Of a DNA stretch of 64,000 bases, positions 19,812 to 28,582 are shown piece after piece (position 1 is the stretch's first letter; each line of letters begins with the position of its first letter). Both the position numbers and the translations under genes were made by a program. The notes below the pieces were generated by a model, which saw only the letters and a list, made by a program, of their open reading frames with translations, did no database searches and was not told the DNA's origin. The stretch is taken from contig JAGYLP010000001.1 of the NCBI GenBank assembly GCA_018401015.1, forward strand, positions 78,463-142,462, read 5' to 3'. This DNA is from Bacteroidales bacterium (GTDB lineage: Bacteria; Bacteroidota; Bacteroidia; Bacteroidales; M50B96).

Positions 19812-21647
19812 ATGTGTGGAATTGTTGGTTACATAGGCAAGCAAGATGCCTATCCCATTTTAATTAAAGGTCTGCAGCGACTTGAATACCGCGGATACGA
19901 CTCCGCCGGAATTACTTTATTCGACGAATCGATTCGAACCTACAAAGTAAAAGGCAAAGTGAGCGATCTGGAAGATTTTGTGAAAGAATCCAACCGAAGT
20001 GGAAGCATCGGTATGGGTCATACTCGCTGGGCTACTCATGGAGAGCCAAACGATGTAAATGCTCACCCTCACGAATCGCAAAACGGTAAATTCGTTATCA
20101 TTCATAATGGAATTATCGAGAACTATTCATCGCTCAAGAAGCAACTTACCAATTATGGTTACGAGTTTAAAAGCGAGACCGATACCGAAGTATTAGTCAA
20201 CCTAATCGAATACCTCTATCTCGATTCCAAATTGACCGTGGAAGAAGCTGTCCGGAATGCTTTGCAAATTGTTTCCGGTGCTTATGCCTTGGTTGTTATG
20301 TCGAAAGACGAAGACGACAAGCTCATTGCTGCACGAAAAGGTAGCCCAATGGTTATCGGAATAGGCGAAGGTGAATATTTCATTGCATCGGATGCTAGTC
20401 CCATTATTGAACATACTCGTTCGGTTATTTACATGAACGACAACGATATTGCTACCATTTCGAAGCATGGTTTGAGTTTAAAGACTTTAGGGAATGATGT
20501 TGTTGCTCCGAAAATACACGAGCTGGATTTAGAGATTGGAGCAATCGAGAAGGCCGGATTCGATCATTTCATGCTAAAGGAGATTTTTGAACAACCCGAA
20601 ACCATTGTCAATACCTTACGCGGACGAGTTTCATCCGATTGGAAAGACGTTCATCATGGTGGAGTCATGTCGGTTTTGCCCCAATTAGTGAATGCTCGCC
20701 GTTTAATTATTGTGGGCTGTGGAACTTCCTGGCATGCCGGTTTGGTAGGCGAATATTTGTTGGAGGAGTTTGCCCGTATACCGGTCGAAGTTGAATATGG
20801 CTCGGAGTTTCGATACAGACAACCTATTCTGTACCCCGACGATATTGTGATAGCGATTTCGCAAAGTGGAGAAACAGCCGATACCTTGGCAGCAGTTCGT
20901 TTGGCAAAAGAATCCCGTGCTTTGGTGCTGGGAATTTGCAATGTGGTGGGTTCCAGCATTGCTCGCGAAACGCACGCAGGAATTTACACCTATGCCGGGC
21001 CGGAAATTGGAGTTGCTTCAACCAAAGCCTTTACTTCTCAAGTAACTGCTTTAACCTCTTTTGCCCTTATGTTGGGCAAGGAGCGAGGCACTCTCTCTCA
21101 GGAACGACTCGAAACCATGATCAGCGAATTAATGCGCATTCCGGAAAAGATTACTGCTGTTCTCAATCAAAACGATCATTGTAAATACATTTCCGACTTG
21201 TACAAGGATGCCGAAAACTTCTTGTATTTGGGTCGTGGGTATTTATTTCCGGTTGCGCTCGAAGGTGCTCTCAAACTGAAAGAAATTTCCTACATCCATG
21301 CCGAAGGTTATCCGGCAGCCGAAATGAAACATGGTCCAATTGCACTAATCGACGAAAAAATGCCGGTGGTGGTAATCGCTACCAAAGATCGGTCGTATGA
21401 AAAAATTGTGAGTAATATCCAGGAAGTGAAAGCTCGAAAAGGAATTGTCATTGCGATTGTATCGGAAGGGGATACGGTGATTAAGGAAATGGCCGATCAT
21501 GTAATTGAGATTCCACATGTCGAAGAAGCTGTTTCGCCTATCTTATCAGTGGTCCCTCTGCAGCTTTTATCTTATTACATTGCTGTAGCGCGAGGTTGTA
21601 ATGTCGATCAACCCAGAAACCTGGCTAAGTCGGTAACGGTGGAGTAA
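19812..21647 (+). CDS. glmS: glutamine--fructose-6-phosphate aminotransferase
   Basis: The protein starts with MCGIVGYIG, giving the N-terminal nucleophile Cys. It has two SIS domains and ends in the canonical AKSVTVE. The length is 611 aa. Confidence 0.95.
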   Translation: MCGIVGYIGKQDAYPILIKGLQRLEYRGYDSAGITLFDESIRTYKVKGKVSDLEDFVKESNRSGSIGMGHTRWATHGEPNDVNAHPHESQNGKFVIIHNGIIENYSSLKKQLTNYGYEFKSETDTEVLVNLIEYLYLDSKLTVEEAVRNALQIVSGAYALVVMSKDEDDKLIAARKGSPMVIGIGEGEYFIASDASPIIEHTRSVIYMNDNDIATISKHGLSLKTLGNDVVAPKIHELDLEIGAIEKAGFDHFMLKEIFEQPETIVNTLRGRVSSDWKDVHHGGVMSVLPQLVNARRLIIVGCGTSWHAGLVGEYLLEEFARIPVEVEYGSEFRYRQPILYPDDIVIAISQSGETADTLAAVRLAKESRALVLGICNVVGSSIARETHAGIYTYAGPEIGVASTKAFTSQVTALTSFALMLGKERGTLSQERLETMISELMRIPEKITAVLNQNDHCKYISDLYKDAENFLYLGRGYLFPVALEGALKLKEISYIHAEGYPAAEMKHGPIALIDEKMPVVVIATKDRSYEKIVSNIQEVKARKGIVIAIVSEGDTVIKEMADHVIEIPHVEEAVSPILSVVPLQLLSYYIAVARGCNVDQPRNLAKSVTVE

Positions 21648-21811
21648 TTAAAAGAGCACGAGGTACGAGCAATAGCACGAGTGGAAGGAGCTTGTAGTTT
21701 GTAATTCCTTATTGGGATTCATTCCAGGCAATTTTAAATTGTAAAATGGAGGATTACCGATTATTTTGCAAAAGAAATTGCCCACTCCGAATTTAATCTT
21801 TGTTTTGTGCT

Positions 21812-23167
21812 ATGAGCCTGAGAGCCATTGTCTTGTCGGTTTTGATTTTTACTGCTTGTGCCGGGGAAAAGGATACAACATTCAACCAGGCCAAAACAGG
21901 ACTTACAGAAATTCGTTCGCATTACGGCTATTTACAGGAATCGGTTTCGATCGATAGCCTGATTATTTGGGGTTATCATGAATTAGCGCACGATGTCATT
22001 CAAACACGAAGGCATGTAATAAGTGATTCAAGCATGCTTGCCATTTGCGAAACGTGGTTAAATGCTGGGCAATATGAAGCGAGTTTGGAGTTTTTGCCGC
22101 AATATACCGACTCTTCCCTTGGCTTTGATGTAACCAATATTATCCTCACGGCAGCTTTAGCCCGGCGCGACTCTTCCGCTCGAGGCTATCTCGATACGCT
22201 TTCTGGGTGGTTGTCTCTAAATCCCACTCCGGAAAAAGAATTCATGTATCAATTACAACGGGGCTATGTCTATCATAACTGTTCCATTTACGATCAGGCG
22301 CTGGCTTGTTACCGGCAAGCCTCCCAAATCGTCGAAGAACATTCGCTTTCTCACGATTCGCGAAGGCTCTTGTTGCGTCGTACGGGCAATTCATTCAACG
22401 ATTTACATCGCATGGCTCTTGCCAAAGGGATACACTATACGCCCCATCTCGATTCAGCTTTGTGGTACTACAAACTGGAACAAGAGGAATTAGCACGAAT
22501 GCCGGGGTCTCATAGCGGACGAGCAATTAATAACATTACTCGTGCTATGCTTTTTCCGCGCGTGGAATATGCTGTATTCAAGGATTCACTTTATCGCGAC
22601 GCTTTAAAGTGGTTGGTTATGGATGGTTCCTCCGGCTTTTTACGAACCCGACATGATATTTACACGAGCGTTGCGCTCACCCAGCTTGCCGAAGTGTATG
22701 CCCTGCGGACTACCGAGGTGGACGAAGATTTGCTCGACTCCCTCGTGCTGCTGAATCATCAGTTTATGGAAAAAGAGATGTTCGCATCCATCCTTCGGGA
22801 GCGTGGTTTGAACATGAAAGAATACTATAATCAACGGAATACGGAGTTAATCTTATACCATCATTTATGGTATTCCTACGAAAAGGTTGATTCATTAAAA
22901 TTGTTGAATGCGTTAAATGCTTCGAGGTATATTGGCAGTAATCTGATTCCCGATTTGCGAAAGGAATACGGAAAGGATTATGCCGAAGTAGTTCGTTGGT
23001 GGCTATTTCTTCCATACTCATTTTTCCATAATAGAAAAGAGAAAGGATTTCCTTGCAATTCGAAGATAGCTTACGAAATGTTTCTGCTACAGCTTGATCG
23101 AGAGAATAATCGTAGGGGTCGGTCTCTGATTCGAAGGAAGAAAAGTCGTTTGTGTTTTCATGTTTGA
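21812..23167 (+). CDS. helical-repeat (TPR-like) lipoprotein; native sequence probably ends near 22995, with the remainder being read-through into the antisense of the neighbouring gene
   Basis: Lipoprotein signal MSLRAIVLSVLIFTAC|AGEK. The body is a plausible helical protein up to ...RKEYGKDYAEV. After about 22995 the frame is the exact antisense of the sigma-factor gene and uses rare codons (AGA, AGG, ATA, CTA). Confidence 0.5.
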   Translation: MSLRAIVLSVLIFTACAGEKDTTFNQAKTGLTEIRSHYGYLQESVSIDSLIIWGYHELAHDVIQTRRHVISDSSMLAICETWLNAGQYEASLEFLPQYTDSSLGFDVTNIILTAALARRDSSARGYLDTLSGWLSLNPTPEKEFMYQLQRGYVYHNCSIYDQALACYRQASQIVEEHSLSHDSRRLLLRRTGNSFNDLHRMALAKGIHYTPHLDSALWYYKLEQEELARMPGSHSGRAINNITRAMLFPRVEYAVFKDSLYRDALKWLVMDGSSGFLRTRHDIYTSVALTQLAEVYALRTTEVDEDLLDSLVLLNHQFMEKEMFASILRERGLNMKEYYNQRNTELILYHHLWYSYEKVDSLKLLNALNASRYIGSNLIPDLRKEYGKDYAEVVRWWLFLPYSFFHNRKEKGFPCNSKIAYEMFLLQLDRENNRRGRSLIRRKKSRLCFHV

Positions 23168-23435
23168 GGAGGTCAGCTGATTTTTTTATCAGTTTAAATT
23201 TCCCGATTTGAGTAAGGTAAGCTCTTAAACTGGAGCGAATGGAGGTTAGTTTTCCACTACGAACGTTTTGGTAAAAATCGATGATGGTGTCCTGGTAAAT
23301 GTCTTCAGCGTCTTCAGCAGAAATATGGGGAAAGTTTCTACCGACAAATCCCAGAAACGCTGGTTTGTATTCATCATATATTTGTCCCAGTGATCTAAAA
23401 TCGCCGTTACGGATTTTCTCTAACTCTTCTTCCAT
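22764..23435 (-). CDS. RNA polymerase sigma-70 family (ECF-type) factor, apparently truncated within region 4
   Basis: Region 2-like AEDIYQDTIIDFYQNV and the start of region 4 ILSLFYYGKMSMEEIA are present. The recognition helix is missing. From about aa 147 (nt 22995) the ORF runs as antisense of the lipoprotein gene. Confidence 0.5.
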   Translation of the reverse strand: MEEELEKIRNGDFRSLGQIYDEYKPAFLGFVGRNFPHISAEDAEDIYQDTIIDFYQNVRSGKLTSIRSSLRAYLTQIGKFKLIKKSADLLKHENTNDFSSFESETDPYDYSLDQAVAETFRKLSSNCKEILSLFYYGKMSMEEIATNELLRHNPFRIPFANRESDYCQYTSKHLTHSTILMNQPFRRNTINDGIRLTPYSVDYSILSCSNHAPEGWMRTSLFP

Positions 23436-23702
23436 TACTAGTTTGCTCTACGATAGGGTTAATGACCAAAAAAGAAGAGCAAAGCTTCCGGGGAAGCAAT
23501 GGTTACGGGCTACTAACAGGGGTAAATGATATTCACTCGTAGGGGCGATAGAATAATGGGAATCCGACAATGCCTGTAACCACCTGGTACGATTCTTTAG
23601 AAGCTTTTTGCTCTTTTCGGAAGATTTCCTTCCGTTCTCTAGTGTATTCTATGGCTGAAAGGTAAACAAGAAATAATTTTCTTTTTTACGATTTCACGAT
23701 TA

Positions 23703-24461
23703 TTACGATTCATTTACTCGAATGGTTGAGTTGGCTTGTGCTTTGGGTGTCACCACGAGGTCGTTTATAACAACATGGTCGGGTCTGCTTAAGATGAACG
23801 AGCAAAGCTCGGCAATGTCCTCAGCAAAGAGTGGTGTATAGCCTTCGTACACCGATTTGGCTCGCTTTTCATCGCCTTTGAACCGAACCACTGAAAACTC
23901 GGTTTCGGCCAATCCCGGGTGAATAGCACTTACTTTTATACCATGAGCAACCATATCGATTCGCATGGCTTTATTCAAGGCATCGACCGCATGTTTTGTC
24001 CCGCAATAAACGTTTCCGTTCGGATATACTTCTTTTCCGGCAATGGACCCTATGTTGATGATGTGTCCTTTTTTGCGCAGGACCATCCCGGGAGAAATAG
24101 CTCGGGTAACGTACAACAGTCCTTTTACATTGGTGTCGATCATGCGTTCCCAGTCGTCGATATCACCTTCGTGAATCGCTTGTAAACCCACCGCCAGGCC
24201 AGCATTGTTGATGAGTACATCGATGGTTTTCCACGCTTCGGGAAGACTTTCAATTTGGGTTTTCACTTCGTCGCGGTTGCGAACATCGAAGGGTAAAAGG
24301 AAGACTTCGGTTTGCTCCATGGCTTCGATCTTTTCCTTCAGCTCCTTTAACCTATCCGTGCGTCTTCCGTTGAGAATGAGCCGATAATTTTCCGAGGCGA
24401 GCTGGTAGGCAATGGCTTCGCCAAAACCGGAGGTTGCTCCGGTAATGAATGCTGTTTTCAT
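23703..24461 (-). CDS. SDR family NAD(P)-dependent oxidoreductase (YdfG-like)
   Basis: Motifs TGATSGFGEA, NNAG and YCGTKHAV (YxxxK) are present. The length is 252 aa. Confidence 0.85.
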   Translation of the reverse strand: MKTAFITGATSGFGEAIAYQLASENYRLILNGRRTDRLKELKEKIEAMEQTEVFLLPFDVRNRDEVKTQIESLPEAWKTIDVLINNAGLAVGLQAIHEGDIDDWERMIDTNVKGLLYVTRAISPGMVLRKKGHIINIGSIAGKEVYPNGNVYCGTKHAVDALNKAMRIDMVAHGIKVSAIHPGLAETEFSVVRFKGDEKRAKSVYEGYTPLFAEDIAELCSFILSRPDHVVINDLVVTPKAQANSTIRVNES

Positions 24462-24719
24462 TCTGTGTAGCTTATTTTGTGTGATTAATTTCAGTTTCGA
24501 TCAATGGAGAGAAGCTTCAGCCTAAAAATAGGAAGTTTTTTTGGCTTCGGATGACGATTAGAAGCAAAATAGTTAGGCAGAAAGAAAGGCTCTTTTGAAT
24601 AGTTGGTTCACCTTGTTAACAATCAGTTTTAATCCTTTATAGGGAAATCAATTTGAAGTGTTTGTAAATTCTTTATGCCTCGAGCAGGAATCAGCCTAAA
24701 AATAGCAGGCAAATCGCAC

Positions 24720-26351
24720 TTAGGGGATTATTTCCTGAATTACATCTCCGGTGGAGCCATTGGGAGCATTCATTTGGAGCATTTCGGCGAGTGAGGGTGC
24801 GATGTCGCAAACGGAAACCGGCCGAATGATTTTATTTCGTTTCATTTTCCAGCCCCACCAGTATAGATAGCTGTTAGCCGGAGCATAGCGGATTACCTTT
24901 CGATAGGGGTTTGCTTTGACGGTAAAGTTTGGTTTTAATTCGAGAAACACATCGCCCGAGCGTTTTGGGTAATACGAAGCTTGCATGGATCGATTTACTC
25001 CATGGAGGTATTCCAGGTTTCCTAAATTACTGGCTGTATTGGCCGAGTAAACCGCATCCATTTCTTCCAGAATTGAAACACTTTGTTCCTGTACTTCTTT
25101 GAGCGAAAGGTTGGCGGCATGGATTAATTCTCGATTGAGGTAGATGTTTTCGCTGGTGTATGCTTCGATCCATTCTCCCGGGCCGTAAGTTGCATTTAGA
25201 TAAGCTTTTAACAGCGTGACAAGCCGGTCGGGATCGAGTTCTCCTCCAGGGAGTTGCTGTTCCTTCAGAAAGCTTGCACGGTGAGGAAGCACGCCGGTCG
25301 AGGTAAGAAAAACCAATACGTTCTCTTTCCCATATTCTTTGTCGAGAAAGGCAAGGAAGTAAGCTAGATCCTGGTCGAGGCGAAAGAGTGCATCTTGTAA
25401 TTCTTCCGAGTGGGGCGAAAAATTCTCTTCAACCTCCCGTAGAATGGAGCTATTGATCAGGAGTACGTCGGTAATTTCATCTTTACCCAGCGATTCTTCG
25501 ATGAGGCAATTCATGGCAAAATCGAAGAGGAAGGTATTTCCGTAGGGGGTTTGAAAAAGGTGTTGGTAAGGATGATCGGTGTTGCGCAGTTTTTCGAGAG
25601 GGTAGGGAAAATCTTTCGACGATTTACCCCATGCTTTTTCTCCGGCGTTTTCCCTGTTGAGTATTTTGAGGTATTTAAATGCTGGATAGATCGGTTCCCA
25701 ACTTTTACTCTGATAGAGTTCGGGCAGTTTTTTCCCGTTGAATTTTTCTACCCACGAAGGTAGTTTTGTTTCATAAAACGTATTGCTGACCCAATTTCCG
25801 GTATACGAGTCGAACCAGAAACTAAAATCGGCAGTGTGTGCTCCCATGGTAATAGCTGCCGGTGCTTCGGGTGCAATGGATATGAGTTTGCTCTGTAACT
25901 CGGTAAAGAGTTTTAATTCGTCGAATACTCCCGGGATAGCCATGTTGTTAGGCGACCAGTTGCCGGAATAGGCTGTGTTTCCAATGCCTGAATAGTTTGC
26001 GTCGGAGCAAGCCGCTCGTGTTTGCTGCGATAAACGATCGTACCATTCATCGGCAATAATTCCATGTTGCGCCGGATTTGCTCCGGTAACGATACTGGCA
26101 AGAGTAGGCAGGATTTGCCTGCTGTGATAATCATAACGGAGGTGACGGATCTGGGTTCCTTCTGCCGCCAGTTTTAGAAACCCATTCGGGTCGAAATAGC
26201 TTCCATATTTCTCGATAAATTCCGGGTTTAAGTTGTCGACAACAATCCCTACCACCAACTTTGGTTTGGTGGGTGCAATCTTATTTTGAGCTGTCAGGCT
26301 TAGCGTAGAAAGAGCTAAAATGAAACTCAGGAAGAATTGGTTTGGGTTCAT
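24720..26351 (-). CDS. alkaline phosphatase superfamily protein (type I phosphodiesterase / nucleotide pyrophosphatase-like), secreted
   Basis: The likely start is MNPNQFFLSFILALSTLSLTAQ at 26351. The NPP-type active-site stretch is PTLASIVTGANPAQHGII. The track ORF extends to 26552. Confidence 0.65.
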   Translation of the reverse strand: MNPNQFFLSFILALSTLSLTAQNKIAPTKPKLVVGIVVDNLNPEFIEKYGSYFDPNGFLKLAAEGTQIRHLRYDYHSRQILPTLASIVTGANPAQHGIIADEWYDRLSQQTRAACSDANYSGIGNTAYSGNWSPNNMAIPGVFDELKLFTELQSKLISIAPEAPAAITMGAHTADFSFWFDSYTGNWVSNTFYETKLPSWVEKFNGKKLPELYQSKSWEPIYPAFKYLKILNRENAGEKAWGKSSKDFPYPLEKLRNTDHPYQHLFQTPYGNTFLFDFAMNCLIEESLGKDEITDVLLINSSILREVEENFSPHSEELQDALFRLDQDLAYFLAFLDKEYGKENVLVFLTSTGVLPHRASFLKEQQLPGGELDPDRLVTLLKAYLNATYGPGEWIEAYTSENIYLNRELIHAANLSLKEVQEQSVSILEEMDAVYSANTASNLGNLEYLHGVNRSMQASYYPKRSGDVFLELKPNFTVKANPYRKVIRYAPANSYLYWWGWKMKRNKIIRPVSVCDIAPSLAEMLQMNAPNGSTGDVIQEIIP

Positions 26352-26588
26352 AATAATTCGTTTAACAGGAACAAAGCTAATATTATCTGGCAGGTTTTTG
26401 GGTCTTCCTCTGCACTCGCAAAGGCTTAGAAAGAAAGCCGGTTTAAAAGGTGAAAAGATAGTGTGGGTTTTTAATCTTTCTCTATATTTACCGTCGGTAA
26501 ATGATTCCCCCAATTGAATCAATAGTATACTAGTATCTGAAACGTAGACCATACCCCGGGAACAGATTACTAACTTAATACAAGTAGA

Positions 26589-27374
26589 ATGAGAATCGGA
26601 GCTTACCCCCCGTTAAGCTTTGAGAAATGGAAATTGTTTATTGGTTCATTTCTCCTTTTGTTTCTTTGGTTAATTCCAAGTGTGCGTTTGGAGGGCCAGT
26701 CCTTTTTTGAACGCGACGATCATCTGGTCTTGAAAACCTATGGGAACGACCGTTTCTTTAGTTTTTATCCCGAGGAGATAAACTACTTTCTAATGGGAAG
26801 TACGATTGCACTCTTTGTGCTGGCCGGTATTTTTCTCTTCTTGTATTTTCGCGATCGTTATTACGCGAAGAGCTATCGTCGGCGGTTTGAAAAGCTGCAA
26901 AAAACGGTCGATGAGCTTAAAACGCGCGACACGCATAAATCGCGATTTATTCGAAGAAATTTGCAGCTCGATTTGCAGACGTTGCGCTTGCTGAATCAAT
27001 TACAGGTGAATTTAAGCGAAGTAAGTGCCGGACGAGAAACAATAAAAGTAAGCGAAATGCGGAGGGCTCTCGAACCGCTGGAGCGCGTGGTGGTTACTCG
27101 CTTGAATTCCGACGAGCTCCACCGTTATTATTCCGGAGCTTTGCCTGTTTTCTACGCGCGCTTGGCCGAAATCCATCCAGATCTCAGCCAGGCCGATAAG
27201 CGACTTTCTGCGCTTATCATGTTGCAGTTTAGCGATAAAGAAATAGCCGGAATTCTGGGCATCCATTTGAATGCGATGGAAGAACTCCGGCTAGAACTAA
27301 GAAAAAAGTTGGAACTAACGAATCCGGAAATTACCTTGGAAATGTATTTACGGAGTACACCATTTTTAGTTTAG
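26589..27374 (+). CDS. membrane-anchored LuxR-type helix-turn-helix regulator
   Basis: A TM segment MGSTIALFVLAGIFLFLYF is followed by a coiled-coil-like region. The C-terminal segment LSQADKRLSALIMLQFSDKEIAGILGIHLNAMEELRLELRKKL resembles a LuxR/GerE HTH. Confidence 0.55.
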   Translation: MRIGAYPPLSFEKWKLFIGSFLLLFLWLIPSVRLEGQSFFERDDHLVLKTYGNDRFFSFYPEEINYFLMGSTIALFVLAGIFLFLYFRDRYYAKSYRRRFEKLQKTVDELKTRDTHKSRFIRRNLQLDLQTLRLLNQLQVNLSEVSAGRETIKVSEMRRALEPLERVVVTRLNSDELHRYYSGALPVFYARLAEIHPDLSQADKRLSALIMLQFSDKEIAGILGIHLNAMEELRLELRKKLELTNPEITLEMYLRSTPFLV

Positions 27375-28447
27375 AAACGGTTTAGACAGTTTAAGTCTTC
27401 GAAGGCAGTTTTTAATCGGGCTACCATTGCTTTTTCCCCTTCGCGTAACCATACTCGTGGGTCGTATTTTTTCTTATTGGGTTTATCGTCTCCTTCCGGG
27501 TTGCCGATTTGCCCTTGCAGATAAGCTCGATTTGCTGATTCGTACGCTCTAATTCCATCCCAGAATGCCCATTGGGTATCGGTGTCGATATTCATTTTAA
27601 TCACACCGTAAGAAATAGCCTCGCGTATTTCTTCCCGACTCGAACCCGATCCGCCATGAAAAACGAAGAACACTGGTTTTTCGCCGGTTTTGAGGTTTTC
27701 TTGAATGTATTCCTGGGAGTTTTTTAGAATTTTTGGAGTCAGGACCACATTTCCTGGTTTGTAAACTCCGTGTACATTTCCGAAGGAAGCAGCAATGGTA
27801 AAGTTCGGACTGATTTTAAGTAGTTCTTCGTAGGCGTATGCCACTTCGGACGGCTGGGTGTAGAGCAAGCTGTTATCTACTCCGGAGTTATCTACTCCAT
27901 CTTCTTCGCCCCCGGTAACACCCAGTTCGATTTCCAGGCTCATGCCAATTTTGCTCATTCGGGCAAGGTAGGTTTTGCAAATCTCGATGTTTTCCTCGAT
28001 GGGTTCTTCCGATAAATCGAGCATGTGCGAACTGAAGAGAGGTTTTCCGGTTTGAGCGAAATGTTTTTCGCCGGCTTCGAGCAATCCATCGATCCAGGGT
28101 AATAATTTCTTGGCGGCGTGGTCGGTATGCAATACAACCGGTACTCCATACGATTCGGCCATGATGGCAATGTGGTGCGCGGCTGCAATTCCTCCGGCAA
28201 TAGAGGCTTGTTGCGCATCGTTGGCGAGTGCCTTTCCGGCAAAAAACTGGGCGCCTCCGTTCGAAAGCTGAATTATAACCGGAGAGTTAACGGCTTTAGC
28301 TGCTTCGAGAACAGCATTGGCCGAATGGGAACCGATTACGTTCACAGCGGGCATCGCAAATTCGTTCGCTTTGGCAAATTCGTATAAGGTGGTAAGATCG
28401 TGGCCGGTTACAATCCCCGGCTTCAATAGGCTGGCAAGCGTGTTCAT
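27371..28447 (-). CDS. fbaA: class II fructose-bisphosphate aldolase
   Basis: Motifs VVLHTDHAAKK, FGNVHGVYKPG and VFHGGSGS are present. The length is 358 aa. Confidence 0.9.
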   Translation of the reverse strand: MNTLASLLKPGIVTGHDLTTLYEFAKANEFAMPAVNVIGSHSANAVLEAAKAVNSPVIIQLSNGGAQFFAGKALANDAQQASIAGGIAAAHHIAIMAESYGVPVVLHTDHAAKKLLPWIDGLLEAGEKHFAQTGKPLFSSHMLDLSEEPIEENIEICKTYLARMSKIGMSLEIELGVTGGEEDGVDNSGVDNSLLYTQPSEVAYAYEELLKISPNFTIAASFGNVHGVYKPGNVVLTPKILKNSQEYIQENLKTGEKPVFFVFHGGSGSSREEIREAISYGVIKMNIDTDTQWAFWDGIRAYESANRAYLQGQIGNPEGDDKPNKKKYDPRVWLREGEKAMVARLKTAFEDLNCLNRF

Positions 28448-28582
28448 GGTCTATGAATTAATAGGGTGAATAGTGTTTTAATGGTTGCAAAGTAGAAAAT
28501 TAAAGCGGCAAAGCAAATGGGTTTTCGTGAATTCTAACTACTTAAATCCTTAATATTGCACAAAAATTTTTAAGCCAAAACG

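Noticed and set aside
21653-21680. The 8-bp direct repeat AGCACGAG occurs twice, 20 bp apart, just after the glmS stop, with ACGAGCA between the copies.
   Set aside because: The repeat is too short to distinguish from chance, and no hairpin or known motif is associated with it.
23688-23710. Three ACGATT copies at 8-9 bp spacing lie at the 3' end of the SDR gene.
   Set aside because: The repeats are short, and the last copy overlaps the SDR stop codon and coding end. No plausible function can be argued from the sequence alone.
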